DNA of 64,000 nucleotides from an uncultured Cohaesibacter sp. (GCA_963676275.1 OY781091.1:658775-722774), one strand, 5' to 3'; positions 21,734-32,312 are shown, numbered from the stretch's first letter. Notes: generated from the letters alone by a model not told the origin. Made by a program: numbers and translations.

Positions 21734-22960
21734 TTACTTGTAGGCCTTGCCCCGGATTTTCTCGAGGCGTTCCAGAATTTTGTCCAGACGCTCCGGCTTG
21801 GTCATGAATTCCTGAAAGGCTTCCATGCCAGCCTTGGCCATGTCGGCAGGGGCGTCCCGGTCGAAGAACTGGGCGAGGGCATAGGCATTCGACAGCGCTT
21901 CAAAACCGGATTTGAGGAATGGATCATCATCCGCATGGGACTTGTTGTTCACCGGCAACTGGCCCAGCGTGATATTCATCTTGGTCTGGGCATCGGCAGA
22001 GGCCAGATAGGCGAGGAATTTCTTCGCATCGGCCTTGTTCTTTGCGCCGGACGGAATGTGGAAGGTGTCCGTTGGTGCTTCTTCTGCGCGCGGAATACCC
22101 GGCGTGATTTCCGGGAACAACATGAAGCCGAGATTGTCATTGGTCATGCCGCCCTGCTTGAAGGTGGCGACAGCGAAATTGCCCATGACATAATTGGCGG
22201 CTTTGCCCTGAACCAGAAGAGTTGCGGCTTCCTGCCAGTCAAGAGCGGCATGGTTCTTGGTTGTGTAGGGAACGATCTTGGCCCAATTGTCAAAGGTTGC
22301 CTTGACGCGATCATCGGTCCAGGCGACCTTACCTGCGGTCAGATCCATATGGAATTCATAGCCATTGGTGCGCAGGTTGATATAGTCGAAGATGCCTGCG
22401 CCGGGCCATAGATATTTGGTGCCGGTGGTCAGGCAGTCGATGCCCGCAGCCTCGAATTTTCCGCAAGCTGCAATGAATTCGCCCCAGGTCTTGGGAACTT
22501 CAACGCCCGCCTTTTTATAGGCGTCCTTGTTATAGTAGATGCCCCACTGATAGTAGGTGTAGGGAACGCCCCATTTCTTGCCATCAATGGTCATCGAGGC
22601 CGCGGCGGAATGCAGCTGTTCGTTGAGGCCATTCTCGTCCCAGACGTCGGTAATATCTTCAAACAGACCTGCCTTGACGAACGGGTCCATGCGGTTGCCC
22701 GCATACCATGCGGCAACATCCGGAGCATCGGCGCTCAGGAAATTGCGGATGGCCGATTTGTAGCCCTCGTGATCGAAGTTGTTCCACTTGACCTTGATGT
22801 CAGGATTGGCAGCTTCGAAATCGGCGATCAGTTCTTCCATTGCCTTCTTTGGTGCCGGGTCGGACTGGTCCGAGTTGAGCACCAGCTCACCAGCAAGGGC
22901 CGTGGATGAGACAAGGCTTGCGCAAAGGGCGATGCCGCCCAGTCTTTCGCAAAATTTCAT
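21734..22960 (-). CDS. carbohydrate ABC transporter substrate-binding protein
   Basis: Signal peptide; FEAANPDIKV and GKKWGVPY motifs; first gene of the operon. Confidence 0.92.
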   Translation of the reverse strand: MKFCERLGGIALCASLVSSTALAGELVLNSDQSDPAPKKAMEELIADFEAANPDIKVKWNNFDHEGYKSAIRNFLSADAPDVAAWYAGNRMDPFVKAGLFEDITDVWDENGLNEQLHSAAASMTIDGKKWGVPYTYYQWGIYYNKDAYKKAGVEVPKTWGEFIAACGKFEAAGIDCLTTGTKYLWPGAGIFDYINLRTNGYEFHMDLTAGKVAWTDDRVKATFDNWAKIVPYTTKNHAALDWQEAATLLVQGKAANYVMGNFAVATFKQGGMTNDNLGFMLFPEITPGIPRAEEAPTDTFHIPSGAKNKADAKKFLAYLASADAQTKMNITLGQLPVNNKSHADDDPFLKSGFEALSNAYALAQFFDRDAPADMAKAGMEAFQEFMTKPERLDKILERLEKIRGKAYK

Positions 22961-23132
22961 GATTTCCTCCCAATGGCCATCGGACACAAACAGTGTCTTG
23001 GCCGTGATTCGTCACCCGGACCCCCCGGATGTGCCAAACGAATGTATTGATGTTCGGTCCGAAATCCGAAATACTCTACCGGATTGTTGAAAAAATATTC
23101 CGGAATCCTAAGATATGAGGGGAGGAAAGGGA

Positions 23133-24086
23133 ATGGATAGCAAACAATATTTCTGGCTCGACGGTGCCATACCGGCCCATCCCGAACTCGGCCCGACCCA
23201 TCCTCTTGTTATCTTTGACGATCATCGCTTCTGTGCCGGTGCAACCACGCGCGTGCGGAAAATGGTTGGTCCTCACATGCACAGCCAGATCGAGATCAAT
23301 TTTGTGCTGGAAGGGCAGATGACCTATTGGTTCGATGGGCGCGAGCTTACCATATCGGCAGGTCGGCTGTGTCTGTTCTGGGGCATGAGCCCCCATCAGG
23401 TTACCGATCTGGAAGAGGGGACGACCTTCGTTTGCCTTTATGTGCCCATGTCCGCCATCCTCGGCATGGCCAACCTGTCCCGGCTGCGCGAAGCCATCTT
23501 TCGCGGTGCCGTCATTGAAGCGCTGTCGATCAGGCCCTATGACCGGGAAATCTTTCAGGGCTGGCGCGACGAGTTGCTGGCCGGGGATGCCAACATCGAG
23601 GATATCACGCGCTCCGAACTGATTGCCCGCCTCAAGCGCATCGAAAAGGATGGCTGGCGTGATCTGCGCGAGCAGGGTGAAGTGCTGGTCAATTTGCGCC
23701 AGTGGGATATCGAACGCACCCACCATATAGAGCAGATGCTGCGCTTCATCAGCGAAAATGCCCTGCGCAAGATAACCGTCGATGATGTTGCGGAGGCAAC
23801 GGGGCTGCATCCCAACTATGCCATGTCGGTCTTCAAGCGCGCCATGGGGGCGACCATCAATCAGGCGATTGTTCGCCACCGGCTCGATACGGCTCAATCC
23901 CTGTTGATTTCGACCGATTTGTCGATCGTTGAAATTGCCTTTGAGTCCGGCTTCGGATCGCTTTCCTCCTTCTACGAGGCCTTCCACAAGCGCTTTCAGG
24001 AAAAGCCCAAGCAGTTTCGCAAGAAAATGCGCTCCAAGAATATCAACAAAAGCCTGTCCCGGAACGGCAAGATTCATTTCATGTGA
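23133..24086 (+). CDS. AraC-family regulator (MelR-like)
   Basis: PHMHSQIEINF sensor domain; AraC double HTH (IAFESGFGSLSSFYEAF); divergent from the galactoside operon. Confidence 0.9.
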   Translation: MDSKQYFWLDGAIPAHPELGPTHPLVIFDDHRFCAGATTRVRKMVGPHMHSQIEINFVLEGQMTYWFDGRELTISAGRLCLFWGMSPHQVTDLEEGTTFVCLYVPMSAILGMANLSRLREAIFRGAVIEALSIRPYDREIFQGWRDELLAGDANIEDITRSELIARLKRIEKDGWRDLREQGEVLVNLRQWDIERTHHIEQMLRFISENALRKITVDDVAEATGLHPNYAMSVFKRAMGATINQAIVRHRLDTAQSLLISTDLSIVEIAFESGFGSLSSFYEAFHKRFQEKPKQFRKKMRSKNINKSLSRNGKIHFM

Positions 24087-24255
24087 GAGGGAAAGGGCAG
24101 CTGGAAAGTGAGAGGGAAACTGATGGCTCTGGCGAGAACCATGGTGGAAAGCAAAAAGGCGAACGCCGTTGATTTGTTCCGAAATAGTTGCTGTCCTTGA
24201 CGCGATGGCAAAAATTGGGGCCCATCGTGTCAAGGGAGTTCCTGTTATTCTTCAA

Positions 24256-26181
24256 TCAGATACGTGGATCACCCAGTGGTTTGCCCAGCTTGGGCTTGCC
24301 AGCAAAGTAAGTCGGGATATGGGGCTCATAAACACCATCGAGTTTCAGAGATAGATAGTTATATGCTTGGGTCAGGTAACCGTCATTGACAGTCGGTATC
24401 GTTTCAATGGCATCCCGGGCAGCCTTGGCATATTGCACAGGGATGTAGGTCAGGCTCTCCAGCGCCAATAGTTTGGCCCGTTTGGATGGCTCATCCAGAA
24501 GAATATTTGCGAGAATCTCGACCGCTTCAGGCGCATCGGAAGTCCCTCCGATCGCTTCTGCCAAGACACAGCGAACATGCGCACAGTCATCAGTTTTCAT
24601 GCGCTGTTTGACGGTTTCCTTGATATCGGCAGGAACAAAGCCAAGCATCAGAATGCCTTGAGCTGCCCAGAACCGAACAATCTCATTATCACTTTCAAGC
24701 GCCTTCATAAGAATGGGCATATTGTCTGGATTCCGCTCTATTCCGGTGCGGGCAACAGTCATCACCTCTTGAATGGGATAGGCGTCTTTTTTCCGGCTTG
24801 GCCAGTAGCCTTCCGCTTTGGTGCCCTCCGGAATGAGCCCATTGTCCATCACGTCCATCATATGCTCATCCAGCGCCTTGCTTAAGCAGTCGAGGCGATC
24901 TTCATAATCGGGATTGGAAGCCAGATTGATCAACTGATGTGGGTCATTCTTGAGGTCATAGAGCTCTTCAGACGGTTTGGGTTGCCAAAAACGATCCTGA
25001 ACCTGGCTTAGCGTTCCATTCAGATGCTGACGCTCCCATGCCTGATATCCAACCATCTGCCATTCATAGGCATTGTGAAGTCCGTAGATTCTGTGCGGCG
25101 AGTAATTGCGGATATACCGGAACTGTTCGTCACGAACGGTTCGAACCATGTCATATCGCTCATCCATGCGGTTGCGCATGGAAAAAGCAAAGGAGCGCTC
25201 TTGCGCATCTGTACCGACGATGGGTTTGCCAACCATGTGATCAGGAATGCCAATTCCGGCGATTGCCAAGGTCGTCGGGGCCATGTCAACGCTGCTTACA
25301 AGCCTCTGGCTGGATTTGCCCGGCTCAAGCTTACCCCTCAAATGAGCGAGCGCGTCAGGTATGCGCATGATGAAAGGAACATGGAGGCCCTCATCATAGC
25401 AATAGCGTTTGCTTCGGGGAGTGACGCCACCATGATCCGCCATGAACATCACGACGGTATTTTCATCCAGCCCGTCAGCTTCAAGCTGATCGAGAAGAGT
25501 TTTGAGCGCTTGATCCTGCCGGTTCACGACTTCGATATTCTGAGCGATTGTGTTTCTGATTTCCGGAATATCAGGCAGATATGGAGGAACAGGAACCGTT
25601 GCCGGATCGGTATTCAAATCTCCGTTAAAGTGGATGATACGGGATTCATGGGTGATCAAATAGTTATAAACGCAGAAGAATGGCTTGCCTGCCGGGCGGT
25701 TCCGCCAATGGGCTGTGATGGTGCATTCATCCCAGATTTTATCCGGATCCAGATCGCAGTTATAGTCGGTGAACACATTGTTCGTACAGTAATAACCGGC
25801 CTCACGCATCACCACTGGCAGCGACTTGAATTCATCCGGAACATGAGCAATGCCGCGCATTTGATCCGCAGGACCACAGCTGTCCGGATACATTCCTGTT
25901 ACCAGTGCAAACCGGGAAGGGGAGCAAACCGGCGCGACCGAGAAGCAATTGTCGAACCGTATTCCGTCCGTTGCAAGCTTGTCGATCACCGGTGTTTTGG
26001 CCAATTGATTGCCGTATGTTCCCAGCAACTCGGCATGAATATCATGACAGACTACCCAGACGATATTGGGGCGGGTGGGCATCGATTTACTCAAGGCAAA
26101 GCTTGGCAAAATTGCGGTTCCTGCTGTCGCTGCGGAAGCCAGCAAGAGATTTCGACGGGTCATTTTGAAAGATGCAGACAT
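24256..26181 (-). CDS. Tat-exported Cys-type sulfatase with C-terminal HEAT-like repeats
   Basis: TRRNLL leader; CSPSR formylglycine motif; GYYCTNN, ADHG and NRMDERYD motifs; EIVRFWAA and AHVRCVLAEA HEAT-like helices. Confidence 0.9.
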   Translation of the reverse strand: MSASFKMTRRNLLLASAATAGTAILPSFALSKSMPTRPNIVWVVCHDIHAELLGTYGNQLAKTPVIDKLATDGIRFDNCFSVAPVCSPSRFALVTGMYPDSCGPADQMRGIAHVPDEFKSLPVVMREAGYYCTNNVFTDYNCDLDPDKIWDECTITAHWRNRPAGKPFFCVYNYLITHESRIIHFNGDLNTDPATVPVPPYLPDIPEIRNTIAQNIEVVNRQDQALKTLLDQLEADGLDENTVVMFMADHGGVTPRSKRYCYDEGLHVPFIMRIPDALAHLRGKLEPGKSSQRLVSSVDMAPTTLAIAGIGIPDHMVGKPIVGTDAQERSFAFSMRNRMDERYDMVRTVRDEQFRYIRNYSPHRIYGLHNAYEWQMVGYQAWERQHLNGTLSQVQDRFWQPKPSEELYDLKNDPHQLINLASNPDYEDRLDCLSKALDEHMMDVMDNGLIPEGTKAEGYWPSRKKDAYPIQEVMTVARTGIERNPDNMPILMKALESDNEIVRFWAAQGILMLGFVPADIKETVKQRMKTDDCAHVRCVLAEAIGGTSDAPEAVEILANILLDEPSKRAKLLALESLTYIPVQYAKAARDAIETIPTVNDGYLTQAYNYLSLKLDGVYEPHIPTYFAGKPKLGKPLGDPRI

Positions 26182-26359
26182 GGTATCCTCCTCAAGAATT
26201 CTGCATTTTAGAAACAGGGTTGGAAAAACGCCCAAGCTGCAACCTCCATTGCAGGGCGCGCTGCCTGCCATTTCCATGGAACGGATGGCCTTTCAGGGTG
26301 GGGATGGGGCAGGAGCGAAGAATTGGAAAAAGGAACTGGCAGGTGAGCCCAATCTGCCT

Positions 26360-27709
26360 TTATGGTGCTCGGAGTTCTGCTATGAAGTTCTTGTCTTGCT
26401 TCTTCTTTTCGGGCCAGTTTTTTCCGGGCCAGTCTTTTTCGGGAGAGTTCTTTCCCTCAACACCTTTCTGCCTGATGGTGCTGACCGCGCTCATGACAGT
26501 GCTCGGTGGGCGTTGATTGCGGATCTGATCGGCCATGAAGGTCATATAGGGTGCCATATGGCCAAACATGGCCTGATAGCCATCGCACAGATGATTGTGC
26601 CAATGAGATCCCTGTCGGTGAATCCTGTGCTTGGGGCAGCCTCCCTGACAGGTAAAGCGCCATTCGCATTGAGCGCAGACATGGGGAAATTTGGCCTTCG
26701 CAGTCGCAAAGGAGCGCTGGGCCTTGCTGTCAACCAGTGTCGCGAGATCATCGCTCCGGACATTGCCAAGCCGGTTTTCCGGATAGACATAATGATCACA
26801 AGAGTAAATGTCGCCATTCATTTCAATGACAAGATTCTGGCCGCAGGTTGGCTGCATCACGCAAAGGGCAGGCTTCTGCCCCAGCCAGGCCGCGAGCGTG
26901 TTGTCAAACAACTGGACAAACACTTTGCCGACATCAGACCGAACCCAGATATCGAAGATCGCGCAAATGAAAGCGCCATAAGCTTTTCCGGATACCGACC
27001 ACGGCGTTAAAGCTGCGCCTTGCTCTTCATTCTGAGGATGCAATAGCTCGCCCGTTGGATTGTCAGGGCTGCGTTGCTCAACCGCAGGAATGAACTGAAT
27101 GAAGCGCATGCCGAGTTCGCCCGTCAGATAATGGTAGATCTCTTCTGGCTGGCTGGCGGTGGTTGCGTTGACGACACAGAGAATATTTGTCTCGACCTTA
27201 TGTCGCTTGAGATGCTCAAGGGCACGCAAGACCAGATGGTGCACGCCCTTGCCATTATTGGCCATGCGATGAGTGTCATGAAGTGCGGCCGGCCCATCCA
27301 GAGAAAGGCCAACCAGAAAATTGTTCCGGGCCAGAAAACGGGCCCAGTCATCATCAATAAGCAGCCCGTTGGTCTGAATGGAATTGAGGATTTTCTTGCC
27401 AGCAGCATATTGTCTCTGAAGCGTCAGGGCCTTTTCGAAAAACCCGATACCGGCGAGCGTCGGTTCTCCACCCTGCCAGGAAAATTCGATTTCTTCGAGC
27501 GGATTCGTCCGAATATAGGCGCGGATATAGGCTTCCAGCGTTTGATCATCCATCACGCGTTGATCATTTCCGGGGCGAAGGCTGCCTTTTGCCTTTTCAA
27601 GATAGAAACAATAATCGCAGGCGATGTTGCAGCGAAATCCGGTGGGCTTTGCCATCAGGTGATAAGGCATCCGCGCGATGCCTTTTACAGCGCTCTTTCC
27701 CTTGGCCAT
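26360..27709 (-). CDS. anaerobic sulfatase maturase (radical SAM/SPASM, anSME)
   Basis: CNIACDYC, WQGGEPTL, IQTNGLL, YSCDHYV and CxxCxWxxxCxGGCPKHR motifs. Confidence 0.92.
   Translation of the reverse strand: MAKGKSAVKGIARMPYHLMAKPTGFRCNIACDYCFYLEKAKGSLRPGNDQRVMDDQTLEAYIRAYIRTNPLEEIEFSWQGGEPTLAGIGFFEKALTLQRQYAAGKKILNSIQTNGLLIDDDWARFLARNNFLVGLSLDGPAALHDTHRMANNGKGVHHLVLRALEHLKRHKVETNILCVVNATTASQPEEIYHYLTGELGMRFIQFIPAVEQRSPDNPTGELLHPQNEEQGAALTPWSVSGKAYGAFICAIFDIWVRSDVGKVFVQLFDNTLAAWLGQKPALCVMQPTCGQNLVIEMNGDIYSCDHYVYPENRLGNVRSDDLATLVDSKAQRSFATAKAKFPHVCAQCEWRFTCQGGCPKHRIHRQGSHWHNHLCDGYQAMFGHMAPYMTFMADQIRNQRPPSTVMSAVSTIRQKGVEGKNSPEKDWPGKNWPEKKKQDKNFIAELRAP
26403..26456. repeat. imperfect 15-bp tandem repeat in the anSME 3' end
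   Basis: ttttcgggccagttt / tttccgggccagtct / ttttcgggagagttc, encoding KNSPE-KDWPG-KNWPE. Confidence 0.7.
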
Positions 27710-27829
27710 ATTGTCTCCTCCCTTGAATGCTCTGCATTCAGAGCACCCATTTTGTTTTACCGGACCACCATGCAGCATGCTTGTGTCAGTAAAGTGGAGG
27801 TTGGGACAAAATGAAGCCCATTACTTAGT

Positions 27830-27847
27830 ACTTGGTATGTGCTAAGT
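27830..27847. promoter_or_regulatory. palindromic operator, copy 1 (ACTTRG-N6-CTAAGT)
   Basis: ACTTGG-tatgtg-CTAAGT, nested in a larger inverted repeat CATTACTTAG...CTAAGTAATG (27819-27851). Confidence 0.6.
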
Positions 27848-28002
27848 AATGAGATGTTAGCGCTGATATTGTCAGCCGTCAACCACAAGTTTGTCCCGCG
27901 ATACGCCCCGCGCAAGGGAAGACTTCGAGATAAGACAGACCGGAGATCCTCCAATCGGATTCCCTCTTGACCTCGGCCAAAGATTGGATGTAGCTTATAT
28001 TA

Positions 28003-28020
28003 ACTTAGTGCATGCTAAGT
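28003..28020. promoter_or_regulatory. palindromic operator, copy 2
   Basis: ACTTAG-tgcatg-CTAAGT, just downstream of TTGACC-N18-TAGCTT and 20 nt upstream of the GH3 start. Confidence 0.65.
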
Positions 28021-28040
28021 ACAAAGTAAGGGAGGCTGTT

Positions 28041-30266
28041 TTGAGCGATACTCAACCGGATGCGCAACAGGTTGCACCCAAGCGAGCCGATGGATCTTCA
28101 TTTGAAGAGGCCGTTCTGAAAGTGAAGGCTGGTGCCTCAAGTGATGCGCTTGCCAGAGACCTTTATGACCAGCTGGAGCCGGGCGAACGATTGGCGCTGC
28201 TCCATGGCGATACCCCTTTCTGGGAAGGGCGCAGCGGGATCATGGAGTATGGCTATAATCACATTCCATATGTCATGGGATCCAACGCACGTCTTGGAAT
28301 TCCGGGCGTGAGCTTCATTGATGGCCCGCGTGGTGTTGTCGTGGGCAAGGCAACGGCCTTTCCCGTTTCCATGGCAAGAGGTGCGTCATGGGACATCGGT
28401 CTGGAAGAAGAAATAGGTCAGGCGATCGGGCTGGAAGTCCGCGCCAGTGGCGGTAATTTCTTCGGTGGCGTCTGCCTCAATCTGCCGCGCCATCCCGCAT
28501 GGGGCCGTATTCAGGAAACCTATTCCGACCAGTCCATCCTGATCGGCGAAATGGGCGCAGCGCTGGTGCGCGGGGTCAAGCCGAACGCCATGCCCTGTAT
28601 CAAGCATTATGCGCTCAACTCTATGGAAAATGCCCGTTTTGATGTCGATGTTCTGTGCGACCAGAAAACGATGCAGGAAGACTATCTGCCGCATTTCCTC
28701 CGGGCGCTGGAAGCGGGGGCAGACTCCGTCATGTGCGCTTACAACAAGGTCAATGGCTCCTGGGCCAGCGCCAACGCAAATTTGCTGACCGAGATATTGC
28801 GCGATCAATGGGGCTTTGAAGGCTTTGTCATCAGCGACTTCGTCTGGGCCATTCGCGATGCGGCTCAATCTCTTGACGCTGGTATGGATCTTGAAGCTCC
28901 GTTTGCCCAGTTGCGCGCCGATCAGTTGCCTGCCGCTCTGGAGAAGGGGGAGGTTGGCTGGGACAAGGTGAAGGCGTCGGGCTTGCGTTTGATCGCAACC
29001 CAGCTGCGTCACTATGCCAGCCGTTCCCAAACCGAACCTGACAAGAGCATCATCGCAAGCGCAGAACACAGAAAGCTGGCGCGCAAAGCCGCCGAGAAAT
29101 CCATGGTTCTGTTGCGCAATGAGCCCGTCGATGGCAATGCGGTTCTACCCATGAATGAGAAGAGCCTTGAAAGCATTGCCATAATCGGGCGCCTTGCAGA
29201 CTTGCCGAATACCGGCGACAAGGGATCTTCGAACGTGCATGCCGCCCATGTCGTGACGCCACTGGAAGGCATTACGGCCGCTTTGCCGGGTAAGATAATA
29301 AGCCATGCAGACGGAAGCGATCTGCAAGCTGCCGAAAAGCTGGCTTGCGAGGCCGATGTCGCCCTCGTCGTTGTCGGCTATACCGCCGCAGAAGAAGGAG
29401 AATGGGTGAACGGGCGCATTTACGCGCGCGATGACCTCATGAAGCTCTACCCCGAACCCAAGACAGATTCCGAGCGGGCTGTTCTGGCAACAATGCTTGA
29501 ACGCCTTGAAGCGGCCAAGGGAAAGCCGGAAATCGGTGGAGACCGCAAGAAGCTCGGTCTGTTGCCGCAAGATGTCGAACTGATCCGCAGGGTGCAGGCG
29601 GTCAATCCCCGCTGCGTCGTGGTCGTGCAGACAGCCGGTGCAATCATGATCACCGATTGGTATCAGGAAGTTCCTGCCCTGATACTGGGCTGGTATGCGG
29701 GCATGGAAGGAGGTCATGCTCTGGCCGATCTGCTTCTGGGCCGCAAGAATTTCGCCGGTCGCTTGCCCTATGCCATGGCGGCCAGCGAGGATGATCTTCC
29801 CTTCTTTGATGCCGCAGCAACAGAAATTACCTATGACCGCTGGTATGGCCAGCGCAAGCTGGCCCATGACGGCAAGCAAGCCTTGTTCCCGCTCGGTTTC
29901 GGCCTGTCCTATTCCGACTTCGCGATAAACGGGATTCAGCTTTTGGAAGAGAGAGCTGAAGACCTCATCCTGTCGGTCGATGTTGCCAATGTCGGCCCAT
30001 TGAACGGCCAGATCAATGTGCAGATCTATGGCACATGTCAGCAGGGGGAGAGGGCAGGCGAAAGAGAATTGCTGGGCTTCGCTCTTGCGGAGCTCACGCC
30101 GGGCCAGCATAGCCAACTGACAATCAAAGCCAGCCTTCAGCCTCTCTCCCATTGGGATCAGGACGGGCGGCGTTTCGTGCCGCCTGCAGGAGAGATATTG
30201 GTTGAAGCCTCCCCCTATTGGGGGGCTGCGCAGGGAGCCAGAACAATTCTAGAAATGCAAAACTGA
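28041..30266 (+). CDS. beta-glucosidase, GH3
   Basis: DGPRG, WGRIQETY, CIKHY, FVISDF and PLGFGLSY motifs; TTG start after GGAGG. Confidence 0.92.
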   Translation: MSDTQPDAQQVAPKRADGSSFEEAVLKVKAGASSDALARDLYDQLEPGERLALLHGDTPFWEGRSGIMEYGYNHIPYVMGSNARLGIPGVSFIDGPRGVVVGKATAFPVSMARGASWDIGLEEEIGQAIGLEVRASGGNFFGGVCLNLPRHPAWGRIQETYSDQSILIGEMGAALVRGVKPNAMPCIKHYALNSMENARFDVDVLCDQKTMQEDYLPHFLRALEAGADSVMCAYNKVNGSWASANANLLTEILRDQWGFEGFVISDFVWAIRDAAQSLDAGMDLEAPFAQLRADQLPAALEKGEVGWDKVKASGLRLIATQLRHYASRSQTEPDKSIIASAEHRKLARKAAEKSMVLLRNEPVDGNAVLPMNEKSLESIAIIGRLADLPNTGDKGSSNVHAAHVVTPLEGITAALPGKIISHADGSDLQAAEKLACEADVALVVVGYTAAEEGEWVNGRIYARDDLMKLYPEPKTDSERAVLATMLERLEAAKGKPEIGGDRKKLGLLPQDVELIRRVQAVNPRCVVVVQTAGAIMITDWYQEVPALILGWYAGMEGGHALADLLLGRKNFAGRLPYAMAASEDDLPFFDAAATEITYDRWYGQRKLAHDGKQALFPLGFGLSYSDFAINGIQLLEERAEDLILSVDVANVGPLNGQINVQIYGTCQQGERAGERELLGFALAELTPGQHSQLTIKASLQPLSHWDQDGRRFVPPAGEILVEASPYWGAAQGARTILEMQN

Positions 30267-30284
30267 TATTGGGAGGAAAATACA

Positions 30285-31562
30285 ATGTCAGCTCAAAATG
30301 TGAATGCCGGTTCTCCCAGTGAGTGGACCGGAAAGACATCCAATGATGACCAGCCGCATTTCCCGACGAGGATCGCGATCGGTCTTGCAATTGGAGCCTT
30401 TTGCTGGATCGTTGCCTATTTGGGAGCGGTTGCCGTATTGCTCCCGGCTCGGGTTGCCGAAATTGACTCCGTCGACAAGGCGGCAATCATCGCTCTCAAT
30501 TCAACCATCTCGATGGTTGTCGCAACCATTGCAAACCTGATCATCGGAGCTTTTTCCGATCTGACGCGCAGCCGGTTCGGGCGGCGCACCCCGTGGATCT
30601 GGGTTGGCGCCATCGGTTCGCTTGTGAGCCTCTTTTATCTGGGGCGCGTGACGACAGCCACCGGCTTGATCGCAACCTGGGCCATCTACCAGATTTTCCT
30701 CAACGCAATCATCGCCCCGCTCATCGCAACGATTGCAGACCGGATTGCGCCTCGCTATCGCGGTAGCGCCGCATCGGCCTATGCTTTGGGTGTCGGTGTC
30801 GGTGCCGGACTGGGGCAGGTCATCGGAGCGCAGTTTATCGGTGATATTTCCTTCGGTTTCATCATTCTTGGTGTTCTGACCGTGATCAGTGCCCCGGCTG
30901 CGTCTTTCTGCTTCAGAGAGCTTTCCAGCTTGCCCATGCCGAAAAAGACCTTCTCCAGAAAGATGGTCCTCGATCACTTCGTTTTTGCCCGTCATGATGC
31001 GCGCGACTATTATCTGGCCCTGTTTGGCAAATTCTTTATCATGGTCGCCAAATTCTCGGTTCAGGGCTATATCCTCTATATCCTGACCGACTATCTGCTG
31101 CTCGAAAGATCTGAAGCGGGCCACTATATCTCCATCACGGCGACAATCATCATGATTGCGGGCATTGCCATGGCCTTTGTGTCTGGCCCGATCGCAGACA
31201 AATTGGGCCGCATCAAACTGCCTGTGGTGCTTGCATCACTTCTTATCGCAGTTGGTGTCTTCCTGCCCTATTTTGCCCCGAACCCAACCATGATCATTCT
31301 CTACTCGGTTTTTGCCGGGCTCGGGCTTGGTATTTTCAACGCCGTAGATCAGGCGCTGAATATCGCCGTTCTGCCTGATCCGGAAACCTCGGCAAAAGAT
31401 CTTGGTATCCTGAATTTTGCGGCAACCGGAGGGCAGATCGCCGGTCCCTTGCTGGCCGCGGCTGCCATCACCACCATTGGCTATCACGCCCTCTTTCTGG
31501 TCTCCGGATGCACGGCAATCATCGGGGCAATCCTGTTCATGATGATCCGGCGCGTTCGCTGA
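30285..31562 (+). CDS. MFS transporter
   Basis: About 12 hydrophobic segments; GAFSDLTRSRFGRRTPW and SGPIADKLGR loops. Confidence 0.92.
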   Translation: MSAQNVNAGSPSEWTGKTSNDDQPHFPTRIAIGLAIGAFCWIVAYLGAVAVLLPARVAEIDSVDKAAIIALNSTISMVVATIANLIIGAFSDLTRSRFGRRTPWIWVGAIGSLVSLFYLGRVTTATGLIATWAIYQIFLNAIIAPLIATIADRIAPRYRGSAASAYALGVGVGAGLGQVIGAQFIGDISFGFIILGVLTVISAPAASFCFRELSSLPMPKKTFSRKMVLDHFVFARHDARDYYLALFGKFFIMVAKFSVQGYILYILTDYLLLERSEAGHYISITATIIMIAGIAMAFVSGPIADKLGRIKLPVVLASLLIAVGVFLPYFAPNPTMIILYSVFAGLGLGIFNAVDQALNIAVLPDPETSAKDLGILNFAATGGQIAGPLLAAAAITTIGYHALFLVSGCTAIIGAILFMMIRRVR

Positions 31563-31580
31563 ACCGAGCGGAGAAAATAC

Positions 31581-32312
31581 ATGTATCTCCTTCTGGCGTC
31601 GGTGTTTGTTGGTGCCATTTTGCAAAGGGTTTCCGGCATTGGTTTTGCCATGGTCGTGGCACCCTTCACAATCATCGCCATCGGACCCGCCCAGGGGGTG
31701 GTACTGGTGCAGATTTGCGGCGTCACATCAGCTATTTGTGTGATGACGCAAGTTTTCAAAAATGTAGACTGGAAGAGCTATTTGGCACTTTTGCCAGCAA
31801 GCGGTGCCGGCATTCTGGCTGGCACCTACCTTGTCTCCCTGTTTCCCAGCGCTCAGGCCGAAATGGTCAGTGCAATCATCATGCTCTTCATGCTTGCTCT
31901 GTCTGTTGCGGCGGGGCGTGCGCGGCAATATCCGCGCAATGGGACGAGCCTGTCCATTGCAGGCGGTCTGGCTGGCTCCATGACCGTTCTGGCCGGTGTC
32001 GGCGGTGTCGCCCTCACATCCCTCAAACAGGCAACGCGTTGGGATCAGACATCCTTCGTTGCAACATTGCAGCCTTATCTTGTCACCCTCTCAACCGGAA
32101 CCGTCATCGCGCGCGTTGCGGCCTCGCCTCAGGCTTGGCCGGTTCTTTCCTGGACAGTCTGGCTGATGATCCTGCTTGTCATGATTGTCGGAATGCTTCT
32201 GGGCTCGCGCCTTGCCCGGATCATGAGTGCAGCACATGCTGGGCGTCTGACGCTGCTCTTGTCTCTGATCGGTGCCGTTTCAGCCTGTCTGCATGGTCTG
32301 TCAAAGCTCTAG
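31581..32312 (+). CDS. TauE/SafE-family membrane protein
   Basis: GAILQRVSGIGFAMV N-terminus; GGLAGSMTVLAGVGG repeat; about 8 TM segments. Confidence 0.78.
   Translation: MYLLLASVFVGAILQRVSGIGFAMVVAPFTIIAIGPAQGVVLVQICGVTSAICVMTQVFKNVDWKSYLALLPASGAGILAGTYLVSLFPSAQAEMVSAIIMLFMLALSVAAGRARQYPRNGTSLSIAGGLAGSMTVLAGVGGVALTSLKQATRWDQTSFVATLQPYLVTLSTGTVIARVAASPQAWPVLSWTVWLMILLVMIVGMLLGSRLARIMSAAHAGRLTLLLSLIGAVSACLHGLSKL

Noticed and set aside
27891-28040. N-terminal extension of GH3 given by the ORF track
   Set aside because: This stretch contains the promoter and operator; a TTG with a GGAGG RBS at 28041 is the better start.
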